Assembly (NCBI GenBank): GCA_902589395.1
Contig: CACIST010000003.1
Location: 13,728 to 77,727, forward strand
Direction: 5' to 3'
Length of the DNA stretch: 64,000 bases
DNA from: an uncultured Pelagibacteraceae bacterium
Lineage (GTDB): Bacteria > Pseudomonadota > Alphaproteobacteria > Pelagibacterales > Pelagibacteraceae
The position numbers and the translations under genes were made by a program. This document shows, one piece after another, positions 19,172-28,573 of the stretch; position 1 is the stretch's first letter; each line of letters begins with the position of its first letter. Below the pieces are notes generated by a model. It did not search any database and was not told the origin of the DNA. It was given only the letters and a program-made list of their open reading frames with translations.

Positions 19172-20290
19172 TTATTTAACAGAAGCTTTCATCACTTCCC
19201 ATTTTTCACCTATTTCTTCTCCATTGTCAGCCCAATACTCAGCGTCAACTAAAAAGTATTTTTGAAGGTTAGCTGGAGCTGTAGGCATATGAGGAACCAT
19301 ATTTGTTTTACCATCTTTATACCAAGGCTCACCTGCCTCCATAACTGCAATTGATGATTTTCTCCAAGGAGCATATGCAATATATCTTGCACTTCCTGCT
19401 AACATTTCTGTGCTTGTCATCATAGCTAAAGCTTTTTTAGCGTTTGCTTCATCTGGTCCGCCTGCAACTAAAGCAAAGTATTCATAGTCAAGACCTTGTC
19501 CATCCCAAACCTGTACGATAGGAGCGCCTTCACCTACTGCAGCATTAAAGAATCTACCATTCCAGCCGGTTGACATAACAACTTCACCACTCATTAACAA
19601 TTCTGGTGGCTTTGCTCCTGCTGACCAAAATACACATCCACCTTTTGGATCATCACAAAGTTTTTTAATTTTGGCAATTGCTCTATCTACGTAACCATCT
19701 TCTGCAAGTTTTTTATATACAAACTTACCACCTTTACCCATTTTAACACCGTCTGCAGCTAAAGCGATTTCTAAATTAGTGTATGCAGAGCCATAAATAC
19801 CTCTTTTTCCAGGAAATCTTTGTGTGTTAAAGAAATCTTTAATAGTTTTTGGAGAGCTTTTTAATAGATCGCTATTATATGCATAATTCCAAGAATATAA
19901 AATATTTCCAACTGCACATTCACTTGGCATATCAGTAAAGAAATCTTCACTTGCTGGTGTACCATCTGGAGCTGGTGGGAAATCTTTATCAAAATCAAAC
20001 TCAACAAATATTCCTTCATCACATCCATTAATGACATTATGACCATAGAGGTCAATAATATCCCATGTTATCGCTCCAGCCTCTTTTTGAGCTTTAATCT
20101 CCGATAGTCCACCTGAATAATCTACCCAATTAATGTCTATTCCTAGAGCTTTAGCAGTTGGATCACCGTAACCCAACTTTTGAGACTCAGTATAAGCTCC
20201 ACCCCAAGATGCTACCGTTACAGCAAAAGCAGATGAAGATATTGAGAACGCAAAAGTTAAAGTAAGTAATAATTTACTTATTTTTTTCAT
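19172..20290 (-). CDS. PotD-family ABC substrate-binding protein (probably binds osmolytes rather than polyamines)
   Basis: Signal peptide, VASWGGAYTESQ, WDIID, GCDEG, GWNGR motifs; SD ggagg; resembles the abundant SAR11 PotD-annotated SBP as I recall it. Confidence 0.88.
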   Translation of the reverse strand: MKKISKLLLTLTFAFSISSSAFAVTVASWGGAYTESQKLGYGDPTAKALGIDINWVDYSGGLSEIKAQKEAGAITWDIIDLYGHNVINGCDEGIFVEFDFDKDFPPAPDGTPASEDFFTDMPSECAVGNILYSWNYAYNSDLLKSSPKTIKDFFNTQRFPGKRGIYGSAYTNLEIALAADGVKMGKGGKFVYKKLAEDGYVDRAIAKIKKLCDDPKGGCVFWSAGAKPPELLMSGEVVMSTGWNGRFFNAAVGEGAPIVQVWDGQGLDYEYFALVAGGPDEANAKKALAMMTSTEMLAGSARYIAYAPWRKSSIAVMEAGEPWYKDGKTNMVPHMPTAPANLQKYFLVDAEYWADNGEEIGEKWEVMKASVK

Positions 20291-20387
20291 TTATCCTCCG
20301 TTTAAACGTTTTTTTATAAAAAATGAGTACAGCAACATAGGAATAGAGAGTCAACAGTGGATTTTGGCAATAATGTAATAATTTAGC

Positions 20388-21473
20388 TTATTTTGGGTCT
20401 AAAGCTCTTGCGTCGTGACTATTCCAACCAATATTAATCTCATTACCAAGTTTTATATCTAAATTTGGAGAACTGTTTGGAACTTTTAAAATAAATTCAG
20501 AGTTACCTAGTAAATTCAATCTTACTCTTGTGTGGTCACCATGATAAATTACTTCCTCTATTTTGCCTTTTTGATTATTGTCCATTTTATCTTTAGGATT
20601 GATCAATGCTCTCTCTGGTCTAATTGATACGGTAGTTTTTTCACCAACAGATTTAACTGATATTGGGTTTGCAATAATTTCACCCTGGTCTAACTTAACT
20701 TTGCAAGATCCATTTGATATATCTGAAATTTCCCCAACAAAAGTATTATTTTCACCAATAAATTCGGCGACAAACGAGTTAACCGGCTCTTCATATAACT
20801 TATCTGGGCTTGAGAGTTGTTGAACCTTCCCATCATTAAACACTGCAATTCTGTTTGACATAGTTAATGCTTCACCTTGGTCGTGTGTAACATAGACTAC
20901 TGTGACACCAATGCTTTCATGAATATGTTTAATTTCATATTGCATACTTTCTCTTAAATTTTTATCTAAAGCACCTAGAGGCTCATCCATTAAAACAACT
21001 GCTGGATCAAACACTAACGCTCTAGCTACCGCTACTCTTTGCTGTTGACCCCCAGAAAGTTGTCCTGGCATACGATTTCCGAAACCTGACAATGAAACCA
21101 TGGATAATGCTTTTTCTACTTTCTTATCGATATCATCTTTTGAAATTTTTCTTACTCTTAATGGAAAAGCTAAATTTTCAAAAACTGTCATATGCGGAAA
21201 CAGAGCATAATTTTGAAAAACCATTCCAATACCTCTTTTATGTGGAGGTATATTTGAAATTGGATTTTTATCTAAATAAATTTCTCCATTAGTCGGTGTT
21301 TCAAAACCAGCAAGCATCATTAAGCATGTAGTTTTTCCTGAACCAGAGGGTCCAAGCATTGTTACGAACTCGCCTTCCTCTATGTTTAAATTTAAATCTT
21401 TAACTACTAATACTTTTCCATCGTAGCTTTTGTCGACTTTATCAAATTTTACGAAATCTTCTTTTTTTGACAT
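20388..21473 (-). CDS. PotA-type ABC ATP-binding protein
   Basis: GPSGSGKTT, MVFQNYALFPH, LSGGQQQR, LMDEPLGALD, TOBE-like tail. Confidence 0.95.
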   Translation of the reverse strand: MSKKEDFVKFDKVDKSYDGKVLVVKDLNLNIEEGEFVTMLGPSGSGKTTCLMMLAGFETPTNGEIYLDKNPISNIPPHKRGIGMVFQNYALFPHMTVFENLAFPLRVRKISKDDIDKKVEKALSMVSLSGFGNRMPGQLSGGQQQRVAVARALVFDPAVVLMDEPLGALDKNLRESMQYEIKHIHESIGVTVVYVTHDQGEALTMSNRIAVFNDGKVQQLSSPDKLYEEPVNSFVAEFIGENNTFVGEISDISNGSCKVKLDQGEIIANPISVKSVGEKTTVSIRPERALINPKDKMDNNQKGKIEEVIYHGDHTRVRLNLLGNSEFILKVPNSSPNLDIKLGNEINIGWNSHDARALDPK

Positions 21474-21518
21474 AAATTAGTTTTTAAAACACTTAGTTAA
21501 GTTGTTTGCAACAGTTAA

Positions 21519-22688
21519 TTAGCTCTTAATGTGTAACTCTTTTGGAAAATTGCAGAATAATTCACATCCTTTGTCTGTAACTCGAATAGCTTCAGATGCT
21601 TCAACACCCCAATCACCAAATTGCATTACAGCTATCATATGAAAACAAGCATTTGGAACTAATTCGGTCATTTCTCCTTTATATATATTAAGAGTATGCT
21701 CACCCCAATCTGGTGGATAACCTATTCCAATTGAATAACCAGTTCTTGATTTTTTTTCTATGCCGTATTTATCTAGAATACCCCAAAAAGCTTGAGCTAC
21801 ATCATTTGCTGTATTACCAGGTTTTGTAGCATCAATTCCTGCTTGCAAAGCCTCGATAGTTTTTTTCATTGTGTCTATTTTTAATTGATTAGGTTTTCCA
21901 AGTAAGACTGTTCTGGCCATTGGTGCGTGGTATCTTTTATAAACTCCAGACAATTCAACAATCGTCGCTTCGCCTTCAACAAATTTATCTTGGGTTGCTG
22001 TTAAATGAGATGCTGAAGTTCCTTTTCCTGTTGGTAGAAGTGTTGCGATACTAGAATACTCACCACCAAACTCAGGTGTTCCGTAAAATAAAGTTTTTTG
22101 TATGTCACCTACTGCATCGCATTGTCTTACACCTGGCTTAATTACCTCGATTGCAGTCTTCATTCCTTTTTCTGAAATTAGTGCAGCAGTTTTCATATAG
22201 TTAATCTCTGCATCAGATTTTGCAAATCTTGCCCAATTAACTAATCGTTCTGAGTCTTTTATTTTTGCATTCGGTAAACCTTGTTTTATCTTTTCATAGC
22301 AAAAAGCGGTGAAGTAATGAGCATCCATCTCAACTCCGATTGAAAGCTTATCCCAATTTCTATCTTTTATAATTTGAACTAAATAATCATAAGGATGTTT
22401 TGGCCATTTATGAATATAATTTTCATCATACACAATTATATTTTCATCTCTAAGATAAGTTTTAATATACGCACCACCTGAATCTTGAGCTCTTACAAAA
22501 CATAAAGGTTCTTCAGCGTTAACATGAACAATTGCACACTGTGCATAATAAAAAGACCATGCATCATAACCAGTTAAATAATTCATGTTATTTGTGTCGT
22601 GAGAAATTAATAGTTCAATACCTTTATCCTGCATCATCGATTGAACTTTTTTTAATCTTTGTTTGTATTCGTCTTTAGTAAATGACAT
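21519..22688 (-). CDS. M24-family amidohydrolase, ectoine hydrolase DoeA/EutD-like
   Basis: YLTGYDAWSFY, ASHLT, ELSGVYKRYHAP, RTGYSIGIGYPPDWGE motifs typical of the DoeA/EutD/creatinase branch; adjacent EutA-like gene. Confidence 0.78.
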   Translation of the reverse strand: MSFTKDEYKQRLKKVQSMMQDKGIELLISHDTNNMNYLTGYDAWSFYYAQCAIVHVNAEEPLCFVRAQDSGGAYIKTYLRDENIIVYDENYIHKWPKHPYDYLVQIIKDRNWDKLSIGVEMDAHYFTAFCYEKIKQGLPNAKIKDSERLVNWARFAKSDAEINYMKTAALISEKGMKTAIEVIKPGVRQCDAVGDIQKTLFYGTPEFGGEYSSIATLLPTGKGTSASHLTATQDKFVEGEATIVELSGVYKRYHAPMARTVLLGKPNQLKIDTMKKTIEALQAGIDATKPGNTANDVAQAFWGILDKYGIEKKSRTGYSIGIGYPPDWGEHTLNIYKGEMTELVPNACFHMIAVMQFGDWGVEASEAIRVTDKGCELFCNFPKELHIKS

Positions 22689-22694
22689 AAATTT

Positions 22695-23435
22695 CTATCT
22701 GAATAATTTGCCAAAACCTTCTACTAGGTTATTTTTATTAATTTGGACAAGAGTATCCCAAATTAATGCCTGATTGCTTGATAAAACAATCGTATTAAGT
22801 TTTTTTTCAAGTTTATCGATTATTTGCAATACAGGAAGAGCTGTACAAGATACAAATAATGCGTCTGCTCCATTTAAATCTATTTTAGACAAGACATCAT
22901 ACAAATAATTTTGGTCTACTTTGCCTATGTCATAATCTGACTCTATATCAAAGTATGAATTGGATGTTATCTCAAATCCCTCTGACTTAAAATATTCCAT
23001 AACCTCGTCATTAAGTTTTTTGCTGTATGGAGTAAATAGCGAAAGTTTTTTAATATTTAACTTTTTTAATGCTTTTATTGCGGCTGTGCTTGGCGTAGTC
23101 ACCTGGGCCATTGGTTTTGCTGCTTTTACCTTTTGCTTAATAGAGTTATAGCCTGTTGCAATAGTTCCAGAAGTACATCCGTAGACTACGCAATCAATAT
23201 CTTGATCTGGTAAAATATCTTTTGTTACACTTGTTACTTTATCTGACATTTTAATCAGATTTTCTTTGGTTAAAGGATTAAAACACTCAATTCTATTAAC
23301 AAAAAAATCAATTTCTCTATCCTTAATTACATTAATAAAATCTCTCTCAATCATAAAATCACTTGCAAGAGCAATAAGGCCAACTCGTGGATTTGATTTA
23401 CTTATGTATTTTGGTTCTATTTTTGTTGAATTCAT
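22695..23435 (-). CDS. Asp/Glu racemase / maleate isomerase family protein (EutA-like)
   Basis: GLIALASD, YGCTSG and VSCTAL two-Cys motifs, FTPY, SSNQAL.W. Confidence 0.85.
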   Translation of the reverse strand: MNSTKIEPKYISKSNPRVGLIALASDFMIERDFINVIKDREIDFFVNRIECFNPLTKENLIKMSDKVTSVTKDILPDQDIDCVVYGCTSGTIATGYNSIKQKVKAAKPMAQVTTPSTAAIKALKKLNIKKLSLFTPYSKKLNDEVMEYFKSEGFEITSNSYFDIESDYDIGKVDQNYLYDVLSKIDLNGADALFVSCTALPVLQIIDKLEKKLNTIVLSSNQALIWDTLVQINKNNLVEGFGKLFR

Positions 23436-23495
23436 ATTTTAAAAAAGTGAATATATCACAAGTTCTTAAATAATCATTAATATTAAATTAATTAA

Positions 23496-24359
23496 ATGAA
23501 TTTTAAAGACACTCTAGTTGCATCACTTGTTCCTATCTTTTTAGGTTTTGGTTTTGTAATTGCTAAACCTGCTTTTGAGTCTTTTCCTCCGATACTTCTA
23601 ATGGGATTAAGATTTATTTTTGCGGCATCAATTTTAATTTGGTGGTTTCCTATTCCAAAAGGTTTTTTAAAAAAAATTTTTATAGCTTCGTTTATAGCAA
23701 ACACCTTGCAATACAGTATTACCTATACTGGTTTAAATTTTATTGATGCATCTGCAGCGGTACTTTTAGTACAAACAGAAGTTCCATTTGGAGTAATATT
23801 TGCTTTTTTCATGTTGAAAGAGAAACCAACTTTAAGAGCTTTGATTGGGATAGGAATTGCATTTGTAGGAGTTTATATTTTAACTGGCTCACCTAATTTA
23901 GATGGAAAAATATTTGGTATTGCTCTTACAATTTTAGGTTCAGCAATATGGGCACTTGGCCAAGTAATTGTTAAACCTTTGAGTAAAGAAATTAATCCTT
24001 TAGCTTTAGTTGCGTGGCTTGCATTATTTTCTGGACCCACTTTAATTTTAATTTCTGCGGTAATTGAAGGTGATACCATATCATATTTATCAACTGCTAA
24101 ATTTAATCACTGGTTAATAGCATTTTACATAGGATTTATTATGCAACCAATTACTTATGGTTGTTTTTATTATGTTCTAAAAAATAATCCATTATATAAA
24201 GTATTACCAATAGTGACTATGGGTATACCACCCACTGGATTGCTTGCTGCAATATTTTTATTAGGTGAAAAACCAACAAGTGAATTATTTATTGGAGGAG
24301 TAGTAATAATATTTGGTGTCATAATGATATTATATAAAAAGAAAGAGGAGGTAAATTAA
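23496..24359 (+). CDS. DMT/EamA family transporter
   Basis: About 10 TM segments, duplicated EamA pattern (LKEKP...LGEKP). Confidence 0.88.
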   Translation: MNFKDTLVASLVPIFLGFGFVIAKPAFESFPPILLMGLRFIFAASILIWWFPIPKGFLKKIFIASFIANTLQYSITYTGLNFIDASAAVLLVQTEVPFGVIFAFFMLKEKPTLRALIGIGIAFVGVYILTGSPNLDGKIFGIALTILGSAIWALGQVIVKPLSKEINPLALVAWLALFSGPTLILISAVIEGDTISYLSTAKFNHWLIAFYIGFIMQPITYGCFYYVLKNNPLYKVLPIVTMGIPPTGLLAAIFLLGEKPTSELFIGGVVIIFGVIMILYKKKEEVN

Positions 24360-25300
24360 TGAATGTAGGATTTATTGGCTTGGGAAATGTTGGAGGAAAA
24401 CTTGCTGGGAGTTTATTGAGGAATAAATTTAATTTAACAGTTAGAGATTTAGATAAAAATTTAACAAAACAGTTTAAAGACTCTGGCGCTAAAATTGCAA
24501 ACTCTGCTAAAGAGCTGGCTGAAGAGGTTGATTTAATAATAACTTGTCTTCCTTCTCCTGAAATTTGTGCAGAAGTGATGGAGGGAAAGAACGGAATTCT
24601 AGAAGGTATTTCTGAAAATAAAATATGGTTGGAAATGAGTACTACTGATGAGGCAGAGGTAAAAAGGATTGGGAAAAAAGTAATTGAAAAAAAGGCAATA
24701 CCCTTAGATGGTCCAGTAAGTGGTGGATGCCATAGAGCTGCATCTGGAAATATAGCAATATTTGTTGGTGGAGAAAGAGATGCATTTGAAAAGATTTTAC
24801 CTGCTTTAACTGTAATGGGGCGAAAAATATTACATACAGGAGAATTAGGTACTGCTTCTGTTCTTAAAGTAATTACAAATTATTTAGCCTCTGCACATTT
24901 GGTTGCCCTTGGGGAGGCATGGACAGTAGCGAAAAAGTCAAAACTAGATCTTGCAAAAACATATAAAGGAATTGTTGTGTCATCAGGAAATTCATTTGTT
25001 CATGAAACCGAGAGCCAAGTTATTTTAAACGGCTCTTATAATATAAATTTTACAATGGATCTTGTTTTAAAGGATACAGGTCTATTTGATGAACTAGCAA
25101 AAAAATTAAATGCACCTTTAGAAATTTCTCCAAAAATTGTTGAAATATTTAAGGATGGTCAAAAAAAATATGGATCTAGAGCTTGGTCCTCGATGATAGT
25201 AAAAAGAATGGAAGATTTAAATAAAATTGATTTTAGGGCGGAAGGGTTTCCCGAGGAGTTAACTGATATTGAGCCTGAAGAAAAAGGTTATGAAATTTAA
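24359..25300 (+). CDS. NAD(P)-dependent beta-hydroxyacid dehydrogenase (3-hydroxyisobutyrate/tartronate semialdehyde reductase family)
   Basis: GFIGLGNVG Rossmann motif, EMST, DGPVSGG, KVITN catalytic Lys, KD. Confidence 0.9.
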   Translation: MNVGFIGLGNVGGKLAGSLLRNKFNLTVRDLDKNLTKQFKDSGAKIANSAKELAEEVDLIITCLPSPEICAEVMEGKNGILEGISENKIWLEMSTTDEAEVKRIGKKVIEKKAIPLDGPVSGGCHRAASGNIAIFVGGERDAFEKILPALTVMGRKILHTGELGTASVLKVITNYLASAHLVALGEAWTVAKKSKLDLAKTYKGIVVSSGNSFVHETESQVILNGSYNINFTMDLVLKDTGLFDELAKKLNAPLEISPKIVEIFKDGQKKYGSRAWSSMIVKRMEDLNKIDFRAEGFPEELTDIEPEEKGYEI

Positions 25301-25321
25301 ATTTTATGTTAAAGTACACTT

Positions 25322-26752
25322 ATGATTGAAAAAAAAAATTTTTATATAAACGGAAAGTGGGTTTCACCTGCTCAGCCAAATGACTTTGAAGTAATAAATC
25401 CCTCAACTGAGGAAGCTTTCGCAATAATATCTTTAGGCTCTGCTGAAGATGCAGATAAAGCAATAAAAGCAGCAAATATTGCATTTGAGACCTGGAGAGA
25501 AACAACAAAAGAAGAAAGATTAGGTTTACTTGAAAAGTTTGATGAAATTTATAAAAGAAGATGGGACGAAATGGTTGAGGCTCAGTCTAAAGAAATGGGA
25601 GCACCACTAGACTTTGCATCAGAAACTCATACTAAAATGGGTGCTGATATTTGTAGAAATAACATTGAGATTTTAAAAGATTTTAATTTTGAACATCAAT
25701 TTGATACTAAATCTAATAACCACATTAGGTATGAACCAATTGGAGTTTGTGGATTAATTACACCTTGGAATTATCCAATGAACCAAATTATTTTAAAAGT
25801 TATTCCAGCTTTAGCTGCTGGATGTACAATGATTTTAAAACCATCTGAGATTGCTCCGGTATCAGCAGTATTGTTTGCTGAAATGATTGATGAAGCTGGC
25901 TTTCCTGCTGGAGTTTTTAATTTAGTGAATGGAAATGGAGAAGTTGTTGGAAATCATATGTCTGGTCATCCTGAAATTGATATGATCTCATTCACAGGAT
26001 CAACAAGAGCTGGAAAACTAATTCAGAAAAATGCAGCTGATACTATAAAAAAAGTAACTCTTGAATTGGGAGGTAAAGGTGGAAATATAGTTTTTGCAGA
26101 CTCATATCCTAATGCTGTTAGAGATGGTGTAAGAAATATAATGAGTAACTCTGGACAGTCATGTGATGCTCCAACAAGAATGTTAGTAGAAAAACCAATA
26201 TATGAAAGAGCTGTTAAAGAAGCTATTGATGAGGCAAACAAAATTAAAGTTGATCTCGCATCTAAAAAAGGTGATCACATTGGACCTGTAGTATCAAAAG
26301 TACAATACGATAAAGTTGTTAATCTTATTAATGAAGGAATTAAAGAAGGTGCAACGTTAGCTGCGGGTGGACCAGATTTGCCAAATGGACTTAACAAAGG
26401 TTATTTTGTTAAACCAACAATTTTTTCAGATGTAAATAATGATATGAAAATTGCAAGAACTGAAATTTTTGGACCTGTGCTTTCAATTATACCATTTGAA
26501 ACTGAGGAAGAAGCAATAGCAATTACAAATGATACATCTTATGGACTTGGCAATTACTTACAAACTGAAGATAAAGAAAAAGCTAAAAGAGTTGCTAGAA
26601 AAGTTAGAGCTGGAACTGTTTATATAAATGGTCAAGCCACTGATACTGGAATGCCTTTTGGTGGTTATAAACAATCTGGTAATGGTCGTGAAGGTGGTGT
26701 CTGGGGCTTCACTGAATATTTAGAGGTTAAAGCAATTACCGGTTGGAATTAA
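25322..26752 (+). CDS. Aldehyde dehydrogenase
   Basis: ITPWNYP, LKPSE, SFTGST, LELGGKG, NSGQSC, EIFGPV. Confidence 0.95.
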   Translation: MIEKKNFYINGKWVSPAQPNDFEVINPSTEEAFAIISLGSAEDADKAIKAANIAFETWRETTKEERLGLLEKFDEIYKRRWDEMVEAQSKEMGAPLDFASETHTKMGADICRNNIEILKDFNFEHQFDTKSNNHIRYEPIGVCGLITPWNYPMNQIILKVIPALAAGCTMILKPSEIAPVSAVLFAEMIDEAGFPAGVFNLVNGNGEVVGNHMSGHPEIDMISFTGSTRAGKLIQKNAADTIKKVTLELGGKGGNIVFADSYPNAVRDGVRNIMSNSGQSCDAPTRMLVEKPIYERAVKEAIDEANKIKVDLASKKGDHIGPVVSKVQYDKVVNLINEGIKEGATLAAGGPDLPNGLNKGYFVKPTIFSDVNNDMKIARTEIFGPVLSIIPFETEEEAIAITNDTSYGLGNYLQTEDKEKAKRVARKVRAGTVYINGQATDTGMPFGGYKQSGNGREGGVWGFTEYLEVKAITGWN

Positions 26753-26796
26753 TAGCTTAAATAAATTATAATCAGAATTAGTTAATAGGGGTTTAT

Positions 26797-27183
26797 ATGA
26801 TTGGTTATGTGATGGTAGGTACTAATAATTTAAATGATGCTATTACATTTTATGACAAAGTTTTAGAAGTAATTGGTTTAGATAGAAACGAGACAATAGA
26901 AGATGATTATGCTGCATATGGAGCAAAAGGTACCAAAGATATTGAGTTTTACGTCACTAAACCTTTCAATAAAAAAGATGCTACCTTTGGAAATGGAACA
27001 CAAATCACATTTTTAACTTCATCAAGATCTCACGTAGATAAATTTCATGAGGTAGGTTTAAAAGCTGGTGGAACTAGTGAGGGATCTGGTGGTGAAAGAC
27101 CAGAAGGCTCAGGAGTTTATTATTCTTATCTTCGTGATTTAGATGGAAATAAAATTTGTGCCTTTACAAATAGTAGAGAATAA
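26797..27183 (+). CDS. VOC/glyoxalase family protein
   Basis: YVMVGTN, FYD, ATFGNG, YLRDLDGNKI. Confidence 0.88.
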   Translation: MIGYVMVGTNNLNDAITFYDKVLEVIGLDRNETIEDDYAAYGAKGTKDIEFYVTKPFNKKDATFGNGTQITFLTSSRSHVDKFHEVGLKAGGTSEGSGGERPEGSGVYYSYLRDLDGNKICAFTNSRE

Positions 27184-27188
27184 AATTT

Positions 27189-28103
27189 ATGTCATACGAC
27201 GCAATCAAAACAAAATTAGAAAATAATAAAATCATTATTTTAGATGGAGGTATGGGCGCAGAACTAGAAAAAAATGGTGCTGAAATGGATAAGCATATGT
27301 GGTGTGGGAAGTGTTCTGTTGATCATCCTGAATTAGTTAGAAAAGTGCATGAGGATTATATAAATGCTGGAGCCGATGTAATTACAACTAATACTTATAG
27401 CACTACTCCAATATCAATGAGACAATATGGTTATGAAGACTATATAGAAAAATTCAATCAAAAAAGTGTTAAGGTTGCAAGAGAGGCAATAGAAAATACT
27501 AATAAAAATACTGCATTAGCTGGAAGTGTATCAACTTTCGGAAACTTTTATAAACTTGGTATCAAAGCAATGATACCTGGTTTTCATGAACAACTAAAAA
27601 TTTTATCTGAAGCAGGAGTAGACTTAATTATTTTAGAAGCTATGTCTTCACAAGCTGACATAGTTGAAACTATGTTAAATTGTTCAACAAAAGTAAATAT
27701 ACCGGTTTGGTTATCAGTTTCATGCGTAATGGATGATCAAAAAAATATAATGCTTGGATATAACGATACAATTGACTCTGATACACATGTCTATGAAAAC
27801 TTTGAGACATCCATAAATAATTTTAAAAAATTACACAGTGGGCCAATATTGGTTGCTCATTCAGATATAAATATTACAGGAAAAGCAATTGAAACTGCAA
27901 AGAAGAATTATGATGGAATATTAGGAGCATATCCAAATAAAGGTTATTATGAAAAACCACACTGGAGATTTGTAGATGACATGACGCCAGCCGAATATTT
28001 AAATGAAGTTAAGTCATGGATTAAAAATGGAGCTCAGATTATTGGTGGATGTTGTGGGATAGGAGTAGACGAAATAAAAGCAATTTCAATTTTAAAAAAC
28101 TAA
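27189..28103 (+). CDS. Homocysteine S-methyltransferase family protein
   Basis: ILDGGMGAEL, VHEDYINAGADVITTNTY, AGSV, AYPN, IIGGCCG. Confidence 0.92.
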   Translation: MSYDAIKTKLENNKIIILDGGMGAELEKNGAEMDKHMWCGKCSVDHPELVRKVHEDYINAGADVITTNTYSTTPISMRQYGYEDYIEKFNQKSVKVAREAIENTNKNTALAGSVSTFGNFYKLGIKAMIPGFHEQLKILSEAGVDLIILEAMSSQADIVETMLNCSTKVNIPVWLSVSCVMDDQKNIMLGYNDTIDSDTHVYENFETSINNFKKLHSGPILVAHSDINITGKAIETAKKNYDGILGAYPNKGYYEKPHWRFVDDMTPAEYLNEVKSWIKNGAQIIGGCCGIGVDEIKAISILKN

Positions 28104-28120
28104 AGTATATTTTAAGAATA

Positions 28121-28573
28121 ATGAAAACATTTATTGGCGGTATTGGCTGTTTTTGGGACGAAAAAAAGTATGAGGGCATCAAAGGAATAATATCTACAGA
28201 ATGCGGTTACTGTGGTGGAGATGACCCAAATGTTACATACAAAGCAGTTTGTGGTGGAGATACAGGACATATAGAAGTGGTCAAAGTTGAGTATGATGAA
28301 AAAGAAAAGTCATACGAGGACATGGTCAATTTATTTTTTGAATTACACGACTCAACTCAAGTAAATCGACAGGGCACATATGTAGGAATTCAATACCGTT
28401 CAGAAATATTTTATAACACAGATGAGGAAAAACAGATTGCAGAAAAAGTTTTAAACGAAGTTAACAGTAAATTAGATGGAAAAGTTTCAACTAAGGTATC
28501 AAAAGAAAAAAATTACTGCAAAGCAGAAGCTTATCACCAAAAATACGAACAAAAAAAATCATTAAAATATTGA
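28121..28573 (+). CDS. msrA: Peptide-methionine (S)-S-oxide reductase, minimal form
   Basis: GCFW, GY.GG, TGH.EVV, NRQG..VG.QYRS, AE.YHQ.Y; start moved to ATG 28121 because the track start overlaps the upstream gene. Confidence 0.88.
   Translation: MKTFIGGIGCFWDEKKYEGIKGIISTECGYCGGDDPNVTYKAVCGGDTGHIEVVKVEYDEKEKSYEDMVNLFFELHDSTQVNRQGTYVGIQYRSEIFYNTDEEKQIAEKVLNEVNSKLDGKVSTKVSKEKNYCKAEAYHQKYEQKKSLKY

Noticed and set aside
27183-27189. SAM-V riboswitch ahead of the methyltransferases
   Set aside because: The spacers are 5 nt and 0 nt, leaving no room for the motif
28049-28120. 24-aa N-terminal extension of MsrA in the ORF track
   Set aside because: It overlaps the upstream methyltransferase; ATG 28121 gives a normal start just before GCFW
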